From an uncultured bacterium (lineage in GTDB: Bacteria; Hydrogenedentota; Hydrogenedentia; Hydrogenedentales; JAEUWI01): a stretch of 27,630 bases of DNA. The stretch is taken from assembly GCA_963977445.1 (NCBI GenBank), contig CAXBPH010000075.1:1-27630 (forward strand). Direction: 5' to 3'. Positions 7,778 through 15,585 of this stretch are shown here, in pieces. The stretch's first letter is position 1, and the number at the start of each line of letters is the position of its first letter. The translations under genes and the position numbers were made by a program. Below the pieces are notes generated by a model that had not been told where the DNA came from, searched no databases, and was given only the letters and a program-made list of their open reading frames with translations.

Positions 7778-10078
7778 TTGGCAAGTATAAACGTGTTAAG
7801 GACTCAGCCCATTACGCCCGACAAGACCAACACCAGCGCAACCAACACAGATACTTGGCGTGCGCGTTCCGGACTTTCCTCCCGGGCGCTGTCCCATTCT
7901 TTTCGGACGACGGCCCTGCTCTTTCGCAGACAGCTTTGGATTTGGCCCCTGATTGCGGTTCCTCTGTTTGCAACCATGGGTTTTTGGGTGCGCGCCTATG
8001 TGGAACAACCCCTTGAAGAAAATCTGCAAAACGGTTTGACGACCATCCTCGACTCAGATGTAGCGGCGCTGCGACTCTGGTTGGGCTATCAGCAGGAGCG
8101 GGTGGAGTTGTTTGCCGCTGATGTGGATATTCGGGAGACCACTGACGCCCTTGCAATACTTCCCGCAGGTACGCCCCAGGACGTTGCGGCCCTATTGAGT
8201 GCACCCCAGCAGGCCACCCTGCGCCAACGGTATGAAGAGCACCATGATGTGGAGCTCTACAGTGGCTATATTCTTTTTGACATGGATGGCCGGGTCCTGG
8301 CTGCCGATACCATTGAACTCGTAGGCAAGGCACGCCCCATGGAGGATTCCCCCTGGCTTTCGCGCGCCATTGCGGGAGAGCCCGTCGTATCCATCCCGTA
8401 CAAAAGCCGTGTCCTGCTGCGTGACCGTCACGGACGGGAGCGCACGGGGGTACCCACAATATTGGTACTTGCCCCAGTGATGGATAGTGCCGGAACGCAG
8501 ATAGGTGTCCTGGGCATACGGGTGCGCCCGGAAGGGGGCTTCACGTCCATCCTCCGCATTGCCGAGGTGGGTGAGTCGGGGGAAACCTACGCCATCGACC
8601 GAAACGGTCTTATGCTCTCTCAGAGTCGCTTTGACGATGGTCTGCGGGCTATCGGCTTGCTCGCAGACGATGGAGAGAGTGCCTCGATCCTTACTCTGGC
8701 CGTTCGTGACCCCGGGGTAAATATGATCGAGGGAGAACGCCCGGATACGCGCCGATCGGAGCAGCCACTGACGTTTATGGCCCAGTCGCTTACTAAGGGC
8801 GAGTCCGGCGTCGACGTGGAAGGGTATCGGGACTATCGCGGTGTGCCCGTGGTTGGGGCCTGGGCCTGGCTGGAGGAGTTTCACTTCGGTGTGGCTACAG
8901 AAATGGATGTGGACCAGGCCTATCTACCGCTTTACTACCTGCGGACGGTTTTCTGGGGACTCTATGCCTTGCTAGGTGTCGCCGCGCTGGCCATATTTGT
9001 ATTTACGGTCATCGTGTCCCGACTAAACCGTGAAGCACGACATGCCGCACTGAAAGAGCGAAAGATGGGGAAGTATGCGCTGGAGGATGAGTTGGGTAAG
9101 GGGGGGATGGGCGTAGTTTATCGTGCACGGCATGAGCTGCTTCGGCGACCAACAGCGGTTAAACTACTGGATATCGACCGAACGACACCAGAAAGCATAG
9201 CCCGTTTTGAGCGCGAAGTAAAACTCACCAGTCAGCTCTATCACCCGAACACCATCACCGTCTTCGACTATGGGCACACCCCAGAAGGGGTGTTTTACTA
9301 CGCCATGGAGCTCCTCGAAGGGCTGAACCTCGACGAGCTGGTGATTCAGAACGGTGCCTTGCCCGAAGGGCGGGTCATCCACATCCTCAGCCAGGTTTGC
9401 AGTTCGCTGGCTGAAGCCCACAGCATAGGATTGATTCATCGGGACATTAAGCCCGCCAACATCATGGTTACCGCACGGGCGGGCATGTATGATTTTGTGA
9501 AGGTGTTGGACTTTGGCGTCGTGAAGGCGATGGATGGGGAGATACAGTCCAATCTGACGGCCGCCAATTCGTGGGTGGGAACGCCCTACTACATGTCCCC
9601 GGAGGCCATACAGAATCCGGACGACGTAGACGCGCGAAGCGACATCTATGCGTTGGGCGCAGTCGGCTATTACCTGCTGACGGGAACGATGGTATTTGGG
9701 GGCAATAACCCGGCAGAGATAATGCGAAATCACACCACCAAATCACCCGAACCCATTTCCGAGCGTCTTAGAAAGGCGGTATCACCCGAACTGGAAGCGG
9801 TGATTATGCAGTGTCTGTCGAAAGTGCCCGGAAAGCGGCCACAGAATACCGAAATTATCGCCCAGCGGCTTTCCGCGTGCACTCTTATTGAAGCGTGGGG
9901 CCCGGATAGCGCCCGCGCCTGGTGGCAGGAACGATTTCCCGACCAACATGGAACCTTTACCAAATCCCCATCTATAGAGGCCACCGACATTCGGACCACG
10001 ACCGAAATCAACAAGGTTGAATCAATCGATCAGGTTACCGTGGTGATGCCGACAGGGGATGAAGAGAAAGGGGCCTAG
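7778..10078 (+). CDS. Receptor-type Hanks Ser/Thr protein kinase with extracytoplasmic Cache-like sensor domain
   Basis: Two TM helices bracket a Cache-like region ('GESGETYAIDRNGLMLSQSRF', 'YRDYRGVPVVGAW'). Kinase motifs are LGKGGMGVVY, AVK, HRDIKPAN, DFG, GTPYYMSPE and DIYALG. The TTG start follows GGGAG; the exact start is uncertain. Confidence 0.92.
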   Translation: MASINVLRTQPITPDKTNTSATNTDTWRARSGLSSRALSHSFRTTALLFRRQLWIWPLIAVPLFATMGFWVRAYVEQPLEENLQNGLTTILDSDVAALRLWLGYQQERVELFAADVDIRETTDALAILPAGTPQDVAALLSAPQQATLRQRYEEHHDVELYSGYILFDMDGRVLAADTIELVGKARPMEDSPWLSRAIAGEPVVSIPYKSRVLLRDRHGRERTGVPTILVLAPVMDSAGTQIGVLGIRVRPEGGFTSILRIAEVGESGETYAIDRNGLMLSQSRFDDGLRAIGLLADDGESASILTLAVRDPGVNMIEGERPDTRRSEQPLTFMAQSLTKGESGVDVEGYRDYRGVPVVGAWAWLEEFHFGVATEMDVDQAYLPLYYLRTVFWGLYALLGVAALAIFVFTVIVSRLNREARHAALKERKMGKYALEDELGKGGMGVVYRARHELLRRPTAVKLLDIDRTTPESIARFEREVKLTSQLYHPNTITVFDYGHTPEGVFYYAMELLEGLNLDELVIQNGALPEGRVIHILSQVCSSLAEAHSIGLIHRDIKPANIMVTARAGMYDFVKVLDFGVVKAMDGEIQSNLTAANSWVGTPYYMSPEAIQNPDDVDARSDIYALGAVGYYLLTGTMVFGGNNPAEIMRNHTTKSPEPISERLRKAVSPELEAVIMQCLSKVPGKRPQNTEIIAQRLSACTLIEAWGPDSARAWWQERFPDQHGTFTKSPSIEATDIRTTTEINKVESIDQVTVVMPTGDEEKGA

Positions 10079-10221
10079 GGATCAAAATGGGCGCTCAGAT
10101 GGGGGGGGCCTGTGGTAGGATTAATTGGCGGTTGAATTTTTTGAGGAAAATGTCGTCTGTATTCGTAAATAGGGAGCAGTATGCCCTTCGCAACGTGGAA
10201 ATCTGCGATTAGGAGGAAGTC

Positions 10222-11505
10222 ATGCAAAAAACATTCTATCTCGTTATTGCCTTGGCACTTACGTCGGGATTGGCATCAGCCGATTCCATCCGGGTTGGGG
10301 ACAAACTCTATCGAAATGTCTATATTGGGGTAAGTAGCGAATATTACTACGTTCACCATCCAGAATCGGGTGAAATGGAGCGGATAAGTCGCAGGCGCTC
10401 CAACATTTCTAATGTCCAGATCGACGATAACGAAGATGCCCGAAGTGCCCTGCTCGCGCGATACGAAGCCGCGAAAGCGAAGCCACAGGAACCTGCCAGG
10501 AAGGCACCGGTTTCCCAATCTGAAGTGGCCGGTGAGACGAAATCCTTTGACGGTGATTTGCTCAAGTATCGAATCTATATGCGCGACCTGGCGGAATTTG
10601 AGACCCAACTTGCCCACTGGAAGGACCTCTCCCCGGAAACGCAGAAACGTATTCAGGGGGGGCTCTACGAAACAATGGAACAGCGTGCTGCCCGTCGCTC
10701 TGCAGCCCACGAACAGGCCGTGACGAGTATTAGCACGTTGGAGCAAGAGAAAGTTACGATACAGCAGCACGTGGAGGCGGCAGCCATCGAGCGGGAGCGC
10801 GCGGTGTGGCAAGCCCGTGCCGAGAGTACGGAAAGGAATTATCTGGAGGCCTACAAAAACTCCTGGGTTCCGGGTCAACCTCAACACTACTATTACCGCG
10901 AGGGTGGTAGACGTCCGCAAGTCGGGGTATATTACGTCTATGGGAGAGACACGGAAATATACAATTCGGCATTGGAAGAGCGCGCAAGAGAAAATAATCG
11001 GATCGCTGAGGCGAACGACCGCTATGAAGCTCAAACAGAGAACTACGGCAAGGTACTGAATTCCGTCGACTCAGCAATCACTCGCCATGCGCGGGAAGCC
11101 CAGACTACCGTTCAAAAGGCTCACGATGAGATGCGACGATACAAGGCCTGGCAGGCGCGTGTGGCCGCGCTCGATGCCGCAGAGGAGGATGAATATCAGC
11201 CGGTATTGAAACCTACGGTCGTGGAACACTGGACCGGCGCGGCGGATCGTCGCACACCGGATTTTACTATCGACCAAGGGCTATGGCGGCTGGACTGCCT
11301 GCGGGCCGAAGATGGGAATCTGGGAGACTTCGCCGTGACCGTCTTCAGTGCAGAAACGGATGCGCCCTTCACCCGGGTTTCTGGTGTGGACTATCTCGGT
11401 ATGCGCTCGAGGATTTTTGACGAGCCGGGCACCTACTATCTGGTGATCTCGCAGAGCGGTATACCCGTGTCCTATGATGTAACGGTGAGCACCTTGTCTC
11501 AGTAA
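10222..11505 (+). CDS. Secreted hypothetical protein with long coiled-coil and C-terminal beta-rich domain
   Basis: AGGAGG RBS, Sec signal (..SGLASA), E/A/R/Q-rich helical middle and a beta-strand-patterned C-terminus ('PGTYYLVIS...YDVTVS'). Confidence 0.8.
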   Translation: MQKTFYLVIALALTSGLASADSIRVGDKLYRNVYIGVSSEYYYVHHPESGEMERISRRRSNISNVQIDDNEDARSALLARYEAAKAKPQEPARKAPVSQSEVAGETKSFDGDLLKYRIYMRDLAEFETQLAHWKDLSPETQKRIQGGLYETMEQRAARRSAAHEQAVTSISTLEQEKVTIQQHVEAAAIERERAVWQARAESTERNYLEAYKNSWVPGQPQHYYYREGGRRPQVGVYYVYGRDTEIYNSALEERARENNRIAEANDRYEAQTENYGKVLNSVDSAITRHAREAQTTVQKAHDEMRRYKAWQARVAALDAAEEDEYQPVLKPTVVEHWTGAADRRTPDFTIDQGLWRLDCLRAEDGNLGDFAVTVFSAETDAPFTRVSGVDYLGMRSRIFDEPGTYYLVISQSGIPVSYDVTVSTLSQ

Positions 11506-11515
11506 TGAGGGGCTG

Positions 11516-11959
11516 CTATAGGCTTGGCGGGGGAATATTTGGCTGTATCACCAGGCCGCAATAGCTGGTCAACATTTCCAGCAGAGTAGAATACTTTGTG
11601 CCCACCTGCTCCTTGTTAATAAAGCCAGCGACATTATAATGGTAGGCAGCTTCCACATCTTCGTCGCGGCTTGACGTGGTTAGCATGAAAACCACGGAGG
11701 CGGCCAGTCGGGTGTCATTGCGAAGCTCCGCGAGGAACTCGATGCCGTTCATTCGGGGCATGTTCATGTCCAACAGAATTACATAAGGACTGGGAAGCAG
11801 GGCGTTGCCGTTTATCCCACGCAGTACATCCAAGGCCTCCACGCCATTCTTAGCGACGGTGATTGGCAAGTTCAGCTCGTGAGACTTAATGGCGCGTTGA
11901 ATGGCCATGACATCAATTTCGTCATCGTCCACCAACAGGATGTGAACTTCAGTGCTCAT
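11516..11959 (-). CDS. Single-domain response regulator (Rcp1-like receiver)
   Basis: ILLVDDDEID, ILLDMNMPRMNGIEFL (phospho-Asp), VFMLTTSS and GFINK. Probable start MSTEVH at 11959; the ORF is open to 11992. Confidence 0.9.
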   Translation of the reverse strand: MSTEVHILLVDDDEIDVMAIQRAIKSHELNLPITVAKNGVEALDVLRGINGNALLPSPYVILLDMNMPRMNGIEFLAELRNDTRLAASVVFMLTTSSRDEDVEAAYHYNVAGFINKEQVGTKYSTLLEMLTSYCGLVIQPNIPPPSL

Positions 11960-12150
11960 GTAGTACCTGTGAATCTTTTTATAATGGGCCATAGAATCGT
12001 AGTGATTGCGCCGCGTTTCTATCTGAAATCAGGGGTGTCGTTCCCCTCCCCGGAGCGCCCCCGAACCCATATCATGATGCCTGACAGTGTTTTCGATCAA
12101 GTTTTTTGGAATGGGTTCCCCGGTACGGCGAAGGCTCACACAACAGTTAA

Positions 12151-12518
12151 GGGTGCAGTTCTGCTATTACCGGGCCTGACCCCAAGTGATGCAACAGGTC
12201 CCCCCGCAATTCTTGACGGTTTATGAAGCGGGCTTTCAGCCCTTTGGGCGTAGTTTCACCTTTGTTCATGGGGCGTTGCCCCATGCTGATATGACATCGG
12301 GCCGTTGGCCCTCTACCGCGTCGCGCGTGCGGTCCGATTGCCATGCAAGCGCCGAAGGTGCTACCCATACCAGCCTGGGCCAACGGCCCAGGAAAAAACG
12401 TAACCCGTTTCGTAAAGGGCTGAAAGCCCGCGCCATGTATTGAAGGAGTAGGGTTGGACATTCAACGACAGTCCTCCCGACAACAAAATCGCTCATCGGT
12501 AATCGCAGAACTGCACCC
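12151..12518. mobile_element. 368-bp non-autonomous element (MITE) with 22-bp TIRs and 8-bp target-site duplication
   Basis: Left end GGGTGCAGTTCTGCTATTACCG (12151-12172) and right end CGGTAATCGCAGAACTGCACCC (12497-12518) are 21/22 complementary. The direct repeat ACAGTTAA flanks both ends (12143-12150, 12519-12526). Confidence 0.9.
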
Positions 12519-12722
12519 ACAGTTAACAGCCAATAGTATCCCTACACGTGCCGAGGATTCGGCGCAAGGACCTCACGGACGAACGGGGGAGGATAGTTGG
12601 GCGAAATTTTGCCCCCGTCTACGGCACGGTCGGTATGCGCCGCCGCCTGAATGAATACGAAATAGCACAAGCACGTAGCTGCCCGACTAACGCAGGGCGG
12701 GTAAGTGCCTTACTGACCGTCA

Positions 12723-14390
12723 CTATTGAGCGGTTTCCCGGTAGGGTGCGAAGAGGTCAAACTCATTCAGGTAGAGTTCCGTTTTTACACCCATGAGGCT
12801 GAGGAGCGAATGGGGGATGTTCTCGTGGGTGAGGGGTTGATCAACCGTTGCACCCAGAGCAGCCTTTGGCATGTTGTGGCTTGCCGCGTAGCCTTGGGAT
12901 ACCCAGGCAAGCATAGGCACATGGGTTTGGGCTTCCGGTGCCAGGAATTTTGGAAGTCCGTGGAGGTAGACCCCATCTTCCCCGAGGGACTCACCATGGT
13001 CGGAGGCGTAAAGCAAAAAGGTATCGTCTTGCTCACCTCTGGCTTTCAGGTAGTCGATGAGCCCGCCCAAGACAAAGTCGGTATAGAGAATGGTGTTGTC
13101 ATAGGCATTAATTACTTCTTCTGAGCTGCATTCCTGGGGGGAGCTGCTCTTGCAATCGGGCACGAATTGCGCGTGATCGGGGGGATAGCGTTTGTGATAG
13201 GTGGGGCCGTGGCTTCCCATAGTGTGGAGGATCAGGAGCACGTCACCCGTTGCATTGGCGACGCATTCGTCAAAATAATTGACCAGTGCTTCGTCGTAGT
13301 AGCCGCCATCGCTGTAGAGCGGGTCGGTGGGGTCCGGGGCCTTTCGAAGATCGAGGGTCTCGATGCGATTTGCTACCCCTTTTGAACTGGAATTGTTCTC
13401 TATCCAGAACACATCTACACCGGCTTTCTTGAGGACATCCAGAACATTGGAAACGCTCGCAGCCTTTTCCGGAGTGAATTTATTGGGCTTCATGAAGGTA
13501 AACATGCTTGGAACGGAGTAGGCCGTGGAGGTTCCTGCGGCAGTTACATTGGAAAAATTCAGAAGACTTTCCTGGGAAAGGATGGGGTTGGTGAGTCTGT
13601 CGTAGCCATTGAGCGAAAAGTGATCGGCCCGGGCGGTTTCACCTACTACCATGACGCCTATTGTTCGCTTGGGCGATTGTTTTTCCTGAACCGCGTCCAA
13701 GCCAATCGTCTCAAAAGGGACGGCCTCCGACTTTCGCAATTTCTTCGCGTATTGCTGGAGCGCGAATATGGGATAGGTGGGGATGGTGTATACCCGAATC
13801 TCCCGGTTCTCGCGGACGAAAAAGGACGTGAATTTAAAGTTGGCCCAAACGGTCAGGCCCACAACTGCGAGCATGGCCGCGACGTAGCCGGTTCGCTTGA
13901 GCAATTCGGGGAGGGGTTTCTCGTAGACCGGCTTTACAACGACGATTATCAGCGAAGGGAGCAGTCCATAAAAAAAGAGATGGAGGAGTAAGGCGAATGA
14001 AAGAAGCTCAAAGGCCTCCTGTTGATTGTTGTCCCGAATCGTCTCCGCTACATTGCGAATCATGTCGACGTCAAAAACGACGCCGAGCTGTTGGCTGAAG
14101 TAGCTGAGAACGGCCGAAAGCCCGATGAAAAAAATCAGAACGGGTTTGAGCGTATAGGGGTGTCCGGCAATGAAAAAGGCGATGGAAAGGACGGTTATGA
14201 GCAGCAAGTACGCGCTGAAGACAAAAGTGGCTCCGCCGACGGATAAGATTTCCAGCTTACTGCCTAGGGCGCGAAACAACGCGCCATTATTCGCCACGAT
14301 GATGAAGGTGGCCGTCAGCAGAATGAGGAGGCGTGCGGAAATGGTGATGTTACGTAGTCGGGCGAGCAGTGAAGATGTTGAAGCGGTCAA
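12723..14390 (-). CDS. eptA: Lipid A phosphoethanolamine transferase (EptA/MCR family)
   Basis: Five-TM N-terminus, then VVGETARADH, GTSTAYSVP (catalytic Thr), HTMGSHGP, NAYDNTILYTD and SDHGESLGEDGVYLHG. TTG start. Confidence 0.92.
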   Translation of the reverse strand: MTASTSSLLARLRNITISARLLILLTATFIIVANNGALFRALGSKLEILSVGGATFVFSAYLLLITVLSIAFFIAGHPYTLKPVLIFFIGLSAVLSYFSQQLGVVFDVDMIRNVAETIRDNNQQEAFELLSFALLLHLFFYGLLPSLIIVVVKPVYEKPLPELLKRTGYVAAMLAVVGLTVWANFKFTSFFVRENREIRVYTIPTYPIFALQQYAKKLRKSEAVPFETIGLDAVQEKQSPKRTIGVMVVGETARADHFSLNGYDRLTNPILSQESLLNFSNVTAAGTSTAYSVPSMFTFMKPNKFTPEKAASVSNVLDVLKKAGVDVFWIENNSSSKGVANRIETLDLRKAPDPTDPLYSDGGYYDEALVNYFDECVANATGDVLLILHTMGSHGPTYHKRYPPDHAQFVPDCKSSSPQECSSEEVINAYDNTILYTDFVLGGLIDYLKARGEQDDTFLLYASDHGESLGEDGVYLHGLPKFLAPEAQTHVPMLAWVSQGYAASHNMPKAALGATVDQPLTHENIPHSLLSLMGVKTELYLNEFDLFAPYRETAQ

Positions 14391-14432
14391 GGGGAAAAAT
14401 ATCCTTTTGGGCCAGGAAAAAGGTCTATGGGT

Positions 14433-15143
14433 TTATTCCGCTTCGCGGAGGGCTATCTTTTTTTGGGGCACACCCATGGCGTAGAGGACGATAGTAGCCG
14501 CCATCCAGCAAATCGCCAGGGCTATCAGGTCATGACTGAAGAAATGCTTTCCCCGGGCCTGCTGGGTAAAACCAAAAATGAATCCCAGTGTAAGGCTGAA
14601 GCACAACGCGGGATACTTCCATTTTGAGCCAGTTGCGGCCAAGAGTAAATAAATACTCACCAGGGCGAAGGCCCCGCTGGCGTGCCCTGAGGGAAAGGCG
14701 TGGCCAATAGGTGCCCCCGTTGGGACCGGGTCAAATAGCCGAATATGAGGCAGGGTGCCTCCAAAGTCCAGGAGCTTGGAAGGGGAGTAGATGTGGGTTG
14801 TATTCTTGATGATGGCAACCGTGCCAATACCACTGGCCATGGACAGGATGACATAGGTCAGGTCCAGGCGATACCGGGCGAATTTCGTGTTGAAAAATGA
14901 CAACACCAGCGAGAAGACCAAGCCGATGGAGATGCACACGATAAGGTCCTTGCCGCCGATATGAATCAGGCCTGCCGTTAACCACAATGACTCATAGGGC
15001 CAGGTCTGGGTGCTTGCGTCGTAGAACAGGCGGATGATGTATTCATCTACCCCGGAATACTGGCAGAAAACACCCAGCAAAATGAGCGTGGCGGGTATGA
15101 GGATGTGGGGGACGTAATTGAAGCTTCGATCAGACGTGGTCAT
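14433..15143 (-). CDS. PAP2 superfamily membrane phosphatase, probably co-transcribed with eptA
   Basis: K..T.IYSP (motif 1 variant), FPSGHAS (motif 2), QQARGKHFFSHD (motif 3) and multiple TM helices. It lies 42 nt upstream of eptA on the same strand. Confidence 0.88.
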   Translation of the reverse strand: MTTSDRSFNYVPHILIPATLILLGVFCQYSGVDEYIIRLFYDASTQTWPYESLWLTAGLIHIGGKDLIVCISIGLVFSLVLSFFNTKFARYRLDLTYVILSMASGIGTVAIIKNTTHIYSPSKLLDFGGTLPHIRLFDPVPTGAPIGHAFPSGHASGAFALVSIYLLLAATGSKWKYPALCFSLTLGFIFGFTQQARGKHFFSHDLIALAICWMAATIVLYAMGVPQKKIALREAE

Positions 15144-15509
15144 TTAGCGCTCTTCGTGTATTTGCATGTAGACGGTTTGAACCCACATCGGTGTGGGGCG
15201 CCAACGGCGGATAAAAATAAGTTTTTTTGTGTAAGGTGGCGCGCTCTCTTGGGGGTTGTGCGAACGTGGGAACGCCATTTTCTGATCCCTATCGTAGCAT
15301 GGCAGCAGTATAAAAGGCGCACATGACCTGCCCGTTGCAGAAACATTACCAATCGGCAAGGTTGCAAATAGGGATGGGATCCGAGACACAAGACAAGAAG
15401 TTGAGGCGCGATGTGTTGTCAATCCTGGCTAAACCGGACGCCCTTAGCTGAAAGGGTCCCGTTCGGGGATTCAATCCGTTTGGCATCATCCTGGACAATA
15501 TAGACTTCA

Positions 15510-15535
15510 AAAGTTAAGGAGACCATTAGGTCTCC
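15510..15535 (-). terminator. Possible intrinsic terminator after the large fusion gene
   Basis: Perfect 7-bp stem GGAGACC/GGTCTCC (15518-15535) with a 4-nt loop, followed on the minus strand by TTAACTTTT, ~50 nt after the stop codon. Confidence 0.4.
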
Positions 15536-15585
15536 CAATTCTGAACGTCCGTCGGGTGGGCGACACGTTCCTGGGAGTCAGACTC

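Noticed and set aside
12147..12796. Short ORFs in and beside the MITE as a transposase or remnant
   Set aside because: No DDE or HUH/Y1 motifs; overlapping ORFs on both strands are expected from GC-rich palindromes.
12723..14390. Calling the gene a mobile mcr allele in a composite transposon
   Set aside because: Motif similarity supports only the EptA/MCR family. The MITE has its own TSD on both sides, and no second copy was seen on the far side of pap2.
15336..15352. Sigma54 promoter for pap2-eptA on the minus strand (TTGGTAATGTTTCTGCA)
   Set aside because: It has GG-N10-GC spacing but mismatches in both conserved blocks, and no supporting enhancer pattern was noticed.
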